DNA of 64,000 nt. Source: an uncultured Gammaproteobacteria bacterium (lineage in GTDB: Bacteria > Patescibacteriota > Microgenomatia > UBA1406 > HO2-37-13b). How positions within the stretch are numbered: the first letter of the stretch is position 1; each line of letters opens with the position of its first letter. Made by a program: the position numbers and the translations under genes. This document shows, one piece after another, positions 8,016 through 15,855 of this stretch. The notes beneath the pieces were generated by a model, which was not told where the DNA came from, made no database searches, and was given only the letters and a program-made list of their open reading frames with translations. The stretch covers positions 13,410 to 77,409 of the forward strand of contig CAYQYZ010000001.1 in NCBI GenBank assembly GCA_964422025.1, read 5' to 3'.

Positions 8016-9080
8016 ATGGCACAAACAGAAATAACATCAACAGGGAAAATCGGCATGGATTTAGAAAGATCGGATGGTCGAGCATATTTAACAATGTCTG
8101 AGATAATTACTAATCCTGAAGATTTAATGTCTGCTTATACAGATCTTTCCAAGCAATCCGAACAGTATAGGCGAAGACGCAAAGTACTCCGTGCACGTTG
8201 TTCTAGAGAGGTAGTTTTTGCAATGACGGAGCAAGACCCTAATGCATTTGAAGTGGCGATTCCATTACATCTCTTTGAAGAGGAAACGGATGACTTCTTA
8301 ATTGTTATGGGAGCCAATGTTCATTCTTCACCAGTTCCTGAATGGGAAGCTGTGTATCAGTACTGGGAGAGTCGAAATGGGCAATCTCGAACACCTGTAC
8401 AAATTGTGGAACAATTACCTACACAGTTCCAACTTGTACAAACCTTTAATGAAGGCGATGTTCCTGAACTTCGAAAATTATGGAATGCATTTGGATGGTC
8501 TAAAGAAGGACTAATGCAGATGCAACAGAATGTGGGAAATGGAATTGCTTTTAGCGGAGTACGTGATACGGAAACAAGTAAAATAGTTTCTGCTACAATG
8601 GGTGAAATACTTTCCGTCGCAGGAGTTAACTTAGCCGAAACTACAGAGTATAGTACCGATCCAAATTACCGAAAGCTTGGCTTATGTACCGCGAGCGTGA
8701 TAGGACTGTCGGCTCAGCTACTGAATGAGCTTGAAGGTCTAGGGGGAATCCCTTTGATATTCGCTGAATTAAATATGTCTTCTCGTTCAGATATTGTTGC
8801 TCGTCATGCAGGTTTTACTATTCCGGGGGTTGAAGGAAAATCTGGACTTACTGCGCCACATCAGGTACTTCGAGCAAACGTTGCGGTTCTTGATGGAATG
8901 TCAGCAAATAGTTTAAACTGGCGAGACTTGGGATCAGATAGAAACGCCTACAGAGCGGCTTTCGCATATCCGCATAGATATACGAGAAACTTTGTTGTTG
9001 GAACTTTGACAGCGAAATTTATTAGAATGAATTATTCAGGTTTAGAACGTGCTCGAATTTTGGCACGCTATGAGGATTAA
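8016..9080 (+). CDS. hypothetical protein with C-terminal GNAT (acetyltransferase)-like region
   Basis: 354 aa. The segment ...AETTEYSTDPNYRKLGLCTASVIGLSAQLL... resembles the GNAT acetyl-CoA binding motif A (V-x-P-x-YR-x-x-G-L-...). The N-terminal ~150 aa is unrecognised. Arg-rich (about 26 R vs 9 K by hand count). Confidence 0.5.
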   Translation: MAQTEITSTGKIGMDLERSDGRAYLTMSEIITNPEDLMSAYTDLSKQSEQYRRRRKVLRARCSREVVFAMTEQDPNAFEVAIPLHLFEEETDDFLIVMGANVHSSPVPEWEAVYQYWESRNGQSRTPVQIVEQLPTQFQLVQTFNEGDVPELRKLWNAFGWSKEGLMQMQQNVGNGIAFSGVRDTETSKIVSATMGEILSVAGVNLAETTEYSTDPNYRKLGLCTASVIGLSAQLLNELEGLGGIPLIFAELNMSSRSDIVARHAGFTIPGVEGKSGLTAPHQVLRANVAVLDGMSANSLNWRDLGSDRNAYRAAFAYPHRYTRNFVVGTLTAKFIRMNYSGLERARILARYED

Positions 9081-9082
9081 TT

Positions 9083-10099
9083 ATGTATATACGATATTCA
9101 AAAACTAGTCTTGTATATAACCATCAGTATGAAGTCTTTAATGGACAGCGGGAAGTTCATCAAGATCAACCTCAACGGCTAGAAAAATTATTGGAGTCAC
9201 TCGCACAAGGCGGGTATGATTATGGGGAAACTGAATGTGTTGTTCCACGTCATGTTCTTTCAGTTATACATGATAATGATTATCTAACTTTTCTGCAATG
9301 CGCATCAGAACAAGTAAAGTCAGGTGACATATTATTTCCTTCAATATTTACCCATAAAAAACCGGAATCTAAAAATATTCTAGCTCAATTGGGCTATTAT
9401 AGCAACGATATGTATACGCCTTTACATCATAATTCGTATAATGCAGCTCTTGCTTCAGCATCGGTTGCATATGATTGCGCCCAACTGCTTTTAGCAAATC
9501 AATCGAAATTTTCTTATGCAGTTTGTCGACCTTCAGGTCATCATGCGGGTAAGCGTACAATGAGCGGATACTGTTTTCTAAATAACGCAGCGGTTGCTGC
9601 TCAAACGCTTGTGCAAAGTGGCAAAGTTGCAATTCTTGACGTAGATTTTCATCATGGAAATGGGACACAGGAAATATTTTATGATCGATCCGATGTTTTG
9701 ACTGTTTCAATTCACGCAGATCCTCAGGTTAAATTTCCATTTTATGCTGGGTTTGCACAAGAAAGCGGCGTAAATAAAGGAGAAGAATTCAATCTCAATA
9801 TTCCCCTTCCACTGGGAACCAATAATGATCAATATCACATAGCCTTGCAAAACGCGTTGCGGAATATTAAAGCATTCAATCCGTCATACTTAGTTCTTTC
9901 TTTAGGATTTGACACGCACGAAGCAGATCCTATTGGCGGTTTTTTGCTTACCACTGACTATTACACAAAAATGGCTCTCACAATTAAAGCAATGGAATAT
10001 CCGATCGTTGTTGTTCAAGAAGGTGGATACAAAGTGGAAACGCTGGGTTCTAATATTTTGGCATTTATGGACGGATTTACACATTCTAGTGCGGTATAA
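9083..10099 (+). CDS. histone deacetylase-family amidohydrolase (AcuC / acetylpolyamine amidohydrolase-like)
   Basis: RPSGHHA catalytic His pair, metal-binding motif DVDFHHGNGTQ, and late QEGGY motif. 338 aa. Begins 2 nt after the previous stop. Confidence 0.85.
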   Translation: MYIRYSKTSLVYNHQYEVFNGQREVHQDQPQRLEKLLESLAQGGYDYGETECVVPRHVLSVIHDNDYLTFLQCASEQVKSGDILFPSIFTHKKPESKNILAQLGYYSNDMYTPLHHNSYNAALASASVAYDCAQLLLANQSKFSYAVCRPSGHHAGKRTMSGYCFLNNAAVAAQTLVQSGKVAILDVDFHHGNGTQEIFYDRSDVLTVSIHADPQVKFPFYAGFAQESGVNKGEEFNLNIPLPLGTNNDQYHIALQNALRNIKAFNPSYLVLSLGFDTHEADPIGGFLLTTDYYTKMALTIKAMEYPIVVVQEGGYKVETLGSNILAFMDGFTHSSAV

Positions 10100-10106
10100 T
10101 ACTCCT
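10095..10106 (+). promoter_or_regulatory. -10 hexamer 6 nt upstream of the lysK start (leaderless-type)
   Basis: TATAAT(10095-10100)-actcct-ATG(10107). Confidence 0.5.
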
Positions 10107-11684
10107 ATGTTCTGGGCTGATCAATTAATACAAAATATCGACAAAAATAAAAAGCATCGGGTTGACGATCAATCGACTCCTTCGGGCGAACCACATGTCG
10201 GATCTCTTCGAGCTATTGCCATCCATGGCCTCATTTACGAGGCTATGAAAAAAGCTGGATATGAGGTGGATTTTACGTATGTTTTCGATGACATAGACCC
10301 GATGGACGGATTACCTACCTACCTTTCCGAAGGGGAGTTTGGTCAACACATGGGAAAACCATTAACATCCATTCCTGCTCCCGACGGTGTCTCTGCAAGC
10401 TTTGCCGCTCAATATTCAAACAGATACCACACTGCTCTAAAAAACCTTGGGTTTAATCCGACAATTAAATCGACAACGCAAATGTATAAAGCGGGAGAAT
10501 TTGATCCTTATATTAAATTTGCTCTCGATAACGTTGAGAAAGTTCGAGAAATCTATCTTACCGTTGCCAAACAACAAAAGCCTACAAACTGGTACCCGTT
10601 CCAAGTAATCTGTCCTAATTGTGGGAAAATTGGATCAAGTTTAGTAACCGATTGGGATGGGGAACAGGTAACATATGAATGTAAACCTGATCTTGTAAAA
10701 TGGTCGGTTGGTTGTGGGCATTCTGGTAAGATTTCACCATTTGGAGGAACTGGAAAACTAATGTGGAAAGTTGAATGGCCCGCAAGCTGGGCTGCGTTGG
10801 GAGTAACGGTGGAAGGCTCGGGTAAAGATCATATGTCTGCCGGGGGAAGCCATGATATAGGAGAACGCATTGCCCCTGAAATTTTTAAGTATCAGGCCCC
10901 CTTTGCATTTATGACCGAATTCTTCCTAGTTGGTGGCGCTAAAATGTCGTCTTCAAAGGGAATCGGATTTACTGCAATTGACATGTTCTCAATTATGCCA
11001 GCGGAATTGGTGAAGTTTTTGATTGTTCGAACACCATACAAACGCGCAATTAATTTTGATCTGACTGCTTCCGCAACAATTCCTGATTTGTTTGATGAAT
11101 ACGATCGCTGTGCAAAAGAATTTTTTAAATCAGGAACAGAAACTGACATGGGAAGAATGTATGAGGCGACTCAAATTGGGGAAGCAGACGTCTCTGGAGA
11201 AGTCTTGCATTTACCTCGTTTCCGCCAAGTTGCTACGCTCATACAAATGCCATCGGTCGATGTGCAGAAGTTTTTTGAAACTGAAAAGGGGAGTGCGCTC
11301 ACACAACCAGAGCAAGAGGTGCTCCAGGAGCGTGTTCGCTTTGCAAAAATATGGCTGGAACGCTATGCTGATGAAAAAGATATCTTTACCATTTCAAAAA
11401 CGCTTCCATCCCGCGCGTCGGAGCTTGATAGCGACCAAAAAGAGTTTCTTAGCAGAGTAGCGTCCGATCTGCTAAATGAGCAGTATTCTGATGGTGAAGC
11501 CTTGCAGCAAGCTGTATTCGAACTTTCCAAGACTGTTGGAATAGCCCCCAAAAAAGCATTCCAGGCAATCTACTTAGTTCTTATAAACAAGGATCACGGA
11601 CCCAAAGCCGGGTGGCTTTTGCAGGACGAATTAAAACGAAATAAAGACTTCCTAATAACGCGATTTACGAGTGATATCGCCTAA
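10107..11684 (+). CDS. lysK: lysyl-tRNA synthetase, class I
   Basis: Class I signatures PSGEPHVGSLR (HIGH-type) and KMSSSKG (KMSKS-type), plus the CPNCGK zinc knuckle. Start is at MFWADQL. The track ORF's upstream 66 codons overlap the deacetylase gene. Confidence 0.85.
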   Translation: MFWADQLIQNIDKNKKHRVDDQSTPSGEPHVGSLRAIAIHGLIYEAMKKAGYEVDFTYVFDDIDPMDGLPTYLSEGEFGQHMGKPLTSIPAPDGVSASFAAQYSNRYHTALKNLGFNPTIKSTTQMYKAGEFDPYIKFALDNVEKVREIYLTVAKQQKPTNWYPFQVICPNCGKIGSSLVTDWDGEQVTYECKPDLVKWSVGCGHSGKISPFGGTGKLMWKVEWPASWAALGVTVEGSGKDHMSAGGSHDIGERIAPEIFKYQAPFAFMTEFFLVGGAKMSSSKGIGFTAIDMFSIMPAELVKFLIVRTPYKRAINFDLTASATIPDLFDEYDRCAKEFFKSGTETDMGRMYEATQIGEADVSGEVLHLPRFRQVATLIQMPSVDVQKFFETEKGSALTQPEQEVLQERVRFAKIWLERYADEKDIFTISKTLPSRASELDSDQKEFLSRVASDLLNEQYSDGEALQQAVFELSKTVGIAPKKAFQAIYLVLINKDHGPKAGWLLQDELKRNKDFLITRFTSDIA

Positions 11685-11693
11685 GCGGTGGTG

Positions 11694-11705
11694 TATAATT
11701 ACCCC
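11694..11705 (+). promoter_or_regulatory. -10 hexamer 6 nt upstream of the serS start (leaderless-type)
   Basis: TATAAT(11694-11699)-tacccc-ATG(11706). Confidence 0.5.
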
Positions 11706-12983
11706 ATGCTTTCTATTGATTTTATCCGTGCCAATAAAGAAAAAGTAGCACTCAGTGCAAAGAATAAAAATCGAACAGTTGATGTCGATGCATTACTTAC
11801 GCTTGATGATACACGCCGCGAGTTAATTGGAAAAGTTCAAAAACTTCGCGAAGAAAGAAACTCACTTGCCAGTGCAGGGTCCGACGAGAGCGCACGAGAA
11901 AGAGGTCGAGCAATTAAGGATGAACTTAAAGCAATTGAAACAAATCTTACCGAAGTCGAGACAAAGCTCAACGACCTTCTCTTAACCGTTCCAAACGTAT
12001 ATCTCGATGAGGTGCCGGTAGGTACCGATGAATCGGGTAATCAAGAAATTTCAAAATGGGGAACTATTCCAGAATTTGACTTTACTCCCCTGTCGCATAT
12101 TGAACTGGGCGAGAAGTTAGATCTAATTGATCTCAAACGGGGCACTAAAGTATCAGGTTTTCGTGGTTATTTTCTCAAAAATCAGGCTGCACAATTGCAA
12201 ATGGCCCTTACTTTATACGTGCTTAACAAACTTGTTGCCAAAGGATATACTCCGATTCTTGCCCCTGCAATTGTAAAGAGTTTTACCCTTTTTGGAAACG
12301 GACAGTTCCCATGGGGTAAAGAGGAAGTATATGCGCTAAACGATGACGACGCATATTTGGCTGGAACCGCAGAGGTTCCCGTAACTGCGTACTTTGCAAA
12401 TGAAACGTTTTTAGAAAGCGACTTACCTAAAAAATTCGTCGCATTCTCTCCGTGTTTCAGAAAAGAAGCCGGATCATATGGAAAAGATACTAAAGGATTA
12501 TACCGCGTTCATGAATTTTTCAAAATAGAGCAAGTTATTATTGCAAAGGCTGACATTGAAGAAGCGAAAAAAATGCATGAAGAATTACAACGAAATTGTG
12601 TAGAAATTTTACAAGAACTAAATCTACCATACCACGTCTTGTTAATGTGCACAGGCGACATGGGTGAACCTCAAATGAAAAAGTATGATACGGAAGTATA
12701 TATGCCATCACGCGGAGGGTATGGAGAGACCATGTCAAATTCCATAATGGGCGATTTTCAAACGCGACGACTTAATATCAAATACAAAGATGCGGATGGA
12801 AATATGCATTTTACGTATTCACTTAATAACACTGCGATTGCATTTCCACGAATTCTGATTCCCTTACTTGAACTTAATCAACAAAAAGATGGGTCAATAA
12901 AAGTTCCCGAAATGCTGGTAAAATATACGGGCTTCGAAACAATCCCTGCACGTCATGCTGAACTTGTTTCAGCATCCCAATAA
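11706..12983 (+). CDS. serS: seryl-tRNA synthetase
   Basis: N-terminal coiled-coil arm and class II core (FRKEAGSYGKDTKGLYRVHEF, NNTAIAFPR). The last 10 codons (RHAELVSASQ) are supplied by a hairpin repeat. Confidence 0.9.
   Translation: MLSIDFIRANKEKVALSAKNKNRTVDVDALLTLDDTRRELIGKVQKLREERNSLASAGSDESARERGRAIKDELKAIETNLTEVETKLNDLLLTVPNVYLDEVPVGTDESGNQEISKWGTIPEFDFTPLSHIELGEKLDLIDLKRGTKVSGFRGYFLKNQAAQLQMALTLYVLNKLVAKGYTPILAPAIVKSFTLFGNGQFPWGKEEVYALNDDDAYLAGTAEVPVTAYFANETFLESDLPKKFVAFSPCFRKEAGSYGKDTKGLYRVHEFFKIEQVIIAKADIEEAKKMHEELQRNCVEILQELNLPYHVLLMCTGDMGEPQMKKYDTEVYMPSRGGYGETMSNSIMGDFQTRRLNIKYKDADGNMHFTYSLNNTAIAFPRILIPLLELNQQKDGSIKVPEMLVKYTGFETIPARHAELVSASQ
12951..12976. repeat. GTCAT-N-CTGA hairpin repeat family, copy at the serS 3' end
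   Basis: CGTCATGCTGAACTTGTTTCAGCATC. Same loop as 42638-42667 but with a compensatory C..G to G..C stem change. Confidence 0.75.
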
Positions 12984-12987
12984 TATT

Positions 12988-15855
12988 ATGTTCAATCCAT
13001 TCAAAAGTTTTTTCGACTTTAACAAAAAAGAAATCGATCGACTTGCCAAGCGAGCTGAGGAGATTAATAAACTTGAAGATTCGGTTCGTAGTCTAAAAGA
13101 CTCCGACTTTGCGCTAGAAACTAAAAAGTTGCAAGAACAAGTAAAGTCAGGCAAAAAGACATTAGACGAAATTCTACCGTACTCATTCGCACTTGTCCGC
13201 GAAGCCGCCCGAAGAGTTTTGGGAACGCGTCATTACGATGTTCAGCTTATGGCTGGAATTGCGCTTCATGAAGGAACGGTTGCCGAACAAAAAACCGGAG
13301 AAGGAAAAACATTGTCGGCCACATCTCCACTTTATTTAAACGCACTTACTGGTAAGGGTGTTCATTTAGTTACAGTAAACGATTATTTAGCAAGGCGTGA
13401 TGCCGGTTGGATGGGACAACTATTTAGTTTTCTTGGTCTTTCTGTTTCAGCAATAATCTCTGAACAATCATATATCTATGACCCTACTTTTACTGATTCA
13501 CAAGCAACTGACTGGCGACTAATTCATCTGCGACCTGTTTCACGTAAGGAAGCATATGATGCGGATATTACATACGGTATTAACTCAGAATTTGGATTTG
13601 ACTATTTGCGCGACAACATGGCCAATGAAATGACCGGACTTGTACAACGCGGATTTCACTATGCAATTATCGATGAGGTTGACTCAGTGTTAATCGACGA
13701 AGCTCGCACACCACATATTATTTCTGCAGCGTACGATAAAGATGTTTCAAAATATTACGACTACGCAACGATTGTTTCAAAATTGAAACCCAGCGATTTT
13801 ACGATCGATGAAAAACAAAGAACTGCTCATTTAACCGAAGAAGGAATCGCGACTATTGAAGGAATTCTAAAAGTTGAGAACGTTTACGAAAAAGATTTCG
13901 ATACCGTATTTCATGTTGAAGCTGCGCTAAAAGCTAGAACTCTTTTTACGAAGGACAAAGATTACATTGTAAAAGATGGCGAGGTTATTATTGTCGATGA
14001 ATTTACCGGACGCCTTTTATACGGCCGTCGATTTTCAGAAGGATTGCATCAGGCAATTGAAGCTAAGGAGAGAGTAGATATTAAACAAGAATCGCGAACA
14101 CTTGCAACGGTTTCATTGCAGAACTATTTTAGAATGTATGAAAAACTAGGCGGAATGACCGGTACTGCAGCAACAGAAGCCGAAGAATTTTCAAAGATTT
14201 ATAAACTTAATGTTATTATTTTCCCAACGCATCAAAAAGCAAGTCGTATCGATCATTCCGATTTGATTTATAAAACTGAACTTGGAAAGTTTAGCGCTGT
14301 TGTTGCTGATGTTGCCGCGCAACACAAAACAGGTCGACCAGTTTTAATTGGAACCACTTCTATCCAAAAGAATGAGCTGCTTTCTCAATTACTCAAAAAG
14401 AATGGTGTTCCACATACTCTATTGAATGCTAAAAACCATTTAAAAGAAGCACAAATTATTTCCGCTGCGGGGCAACGAGGAGCAGTAACCGTTGCAACCA
14501 ATATGGCAGGAAGAGGAGTTGATATTGTATTGGGCGGAGAAGCACCAAGCAAATACGAACGCCCTGTTGAAGCGAATGGTCATTCTGAGCATAGCGAAGA
14601 ATCTCAGTCTGACCGTCATCCTGAACTTTCCGCCCAAGGCGGATCAGGATCTTCGTCATCAATGAAACAAGCTAAAGAAAACGAAAAGTACGAAAAGAAA
14701 ATAAATGAATGGAGAAAGAAACATGATGAAGTTCTTTCACTCGGAGGATTATACGTCATTGGTACCGAACGTCATGAATCTCGCCGTATCGATAATCAGC
14801 TTCGAGGACGATCAGGACGACAAGGTGACGCCGGAGAAACACGATTCTTTGTGTCACTCGAAGATGATCTTATGAGAATCTTTGGTGGTGAGCAAGTTGC
14901 AAAATTAATGAATTTTTTTAACATTCCCGAAGATCAACCCCTTGAGCATAAAATGGTTTCTCGAGCTCTTGAGCAATCACAGGTAAAGGTTGAAGGATTT
15001 AATTTCGATATGCGAAAACATTTGGTTGAATATGATGATGTATTAAATAAGCAACGAGAAGTTATTTATAACTTACGAAATCAAATCCTTAGATCAGAAA
15101 ATAAAGAAATTGATGATATTGCTACAAACCTTTTTGACGAAGAAATTCAAACACTTGTAAACATGTACGTGTATCTTGAAGAAGAAGTAATTGAATTTGA
15201 AAAACTTGCAGTAGAATTTTCACAAATAATCGGAACTGACCCAAAGAAATTTCAAGCCGAACTTGAGAAGCTGGATAAACCAGAAATCGCTGCACTGTTA
15301 ACTAAGAAATTACAAACGAGTTATAAAAAGAAAGAAAAAGACCTAGGTGCCGATGTATGGAAACAAGCAGTTCAAATTGTATATTTATCTACAATCGATC
15401 GATATTGGACAGAACACTTAACCGCAATTGATGACCTTCGTGATGGCATTCGTTTCCGCGGATACGCCCAACTTGACCCGCTTGTTGAGTACAAGAATGA
15501 GGCGTACACAATGTTCGAAAAATTACTTTCAGATATCAATTACGATGTATCTCGTCGATTACTTCACATTGAAGTAACGCAAAATATTCCCCAAGCCCAA
15601 AGTATTGATGAAAGCAAAATGCAATTATCATCCGCTTCTGCAGTCGATCCATTCGCTGCACAATCCGATCCTCATGCTGGTCACGACCATTCTCATGACG
15701 GTCACGACCACTCCGGCCATACCCATACACATGTCGAGCAGAGTGTTCCCGCACAAAGCGCAAAAGTCGGCCGCAATGATCCATGTCCATGTGGAAGTGG
15801 ACTGAAATACAAAAAATGCGGCCTCATTAATGCTCCCGAGCACAAAAATGGATAA
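12988..15855 (+). CDS. secA: preprotein translocase ATPase SecA
   Basis: DEAD-like motor motifs (DEVDSVLIDEARTP, TNMAGRGVDI, GTERHESRRIDNQLRGRSGRQGD) and C-terminal zinc motif CPCGSGLKYKKCG. Start at MFNPFKSFF (ATG 12988). Carries a repeat-derived in-frame insert and a His-rich tract. Confidence 0.95.
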   Translation: MFNPFKSFFDFNKKEIDRLAKRAEEINKLEDSVRSLKDSDFALETKKLQEQVKSGKKTLDEILPYSFALVREAARRVLGTRHYDVQLMAGIALHEGTVAEQKTGEGKTLSATSPLYLNALTGKGVHLVTVNDYLARRDAGWMGQLFSFLGLSVSAIISEQSYIYDPTFTDSQATDWRLIHLRPVSRKEAYDADITYGINSEFGFDYLRDNMANEMTGLVQRGFHYAIIDEVDSVLIDEARTPHIISAAYDKDVSKYYDYATIVSKLKPSDFTIDEKQRTAHLTEEGIATIEGILKVENVYEKDFDTVFHVEAALKARTLFTKDKDYIVKDGEVIIVDEFTGRLLYGRRFSEGLHQAIEAKERVDIKQESRTLATVSLQNYFRMYEKLGGMTGTAATEAEEFSKIYKLNVIIFPTHQKASRIDHSDLIYKTELGKFSAVVADVAAQHKTGRPVLIGTTSIQKNELLSQLLKKNGVPHTLLNAKNHLKEAQIISAAGQRGAVTVATNMAGRGVDIVLGGEAPSKYERPVEANGHSEHSEESQSDRHPELSAQGGSGSSSSMKQAKENEKYEKKINEWRKKHDEVLSLGGLYVIGTERHESRRIDNQLRGRSGRQGDAGETRFFVSLEDDLMRIFGGEQVAKLMNFFNIPEDQPLEHKMVSRALEQSQVKVEGFNFDMRKHLVEYDDVLNKQREVIYNLRNQILRSENKEIDDIATNLFDEEIQTLVNMYVYLEEEVIEFEKLAVEFSQIIGTDPKKFQAELEKLDKPEIAALLTKKLQTSYKKKEKDLGADVWKQAVQIVYLSTIDRYWTEHLTAIDDLRDGIRFRGYAQLDPLVEYKNEAYTMFEKLLSDINYDVSRRLLHIEVTQNIPQAQSIDESKMQLSSASAVDPFAAQSDPHAGHDHSHDGHDHSGHTHTHVEQSVPAQSAKVGRNDPCPCGSGLKYKKCGLINAPEHKNG
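14578..14607. repeat. GTCAT-N-CTGA hairpin repeat, copy 1 inside secA
   Basis: GGTCATTCTGAGCATAGCGAAGAATCTCAG. Same length and arms as 42975-43004, with paired C-to-T and G-to-A stem changes. Confidence 0.8.
14614..14655. repeat. GTCAT-N-CTGA hairpin repeat, copy 2 inside secA (longer nested hairpin)
   Basis: CGTCATCCTGAactTTCCGCCcaaGGCGGATCAGGATCTtcg. Outer stem ATCCTGA/TCAGGAT, inner stem TCCGCC/GGCGGA. Confidence 0.75.

Noticed and set aside
9909-10106. N-terminal extension of the LysRS ORF (track start 9909).
   Set aside because: It overlaps the 3' end of the deacetylase gene in another frame. The conserved LysRS sequence starts at ATG 10107, which has TATAAT-N6 upstream.
10100-11705. 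T-box or other riboswitch leaders upstream of lysK and serS.
   Set aside because: The intergenic gaps are 7 and 21 nt, so there is no space for a leader.
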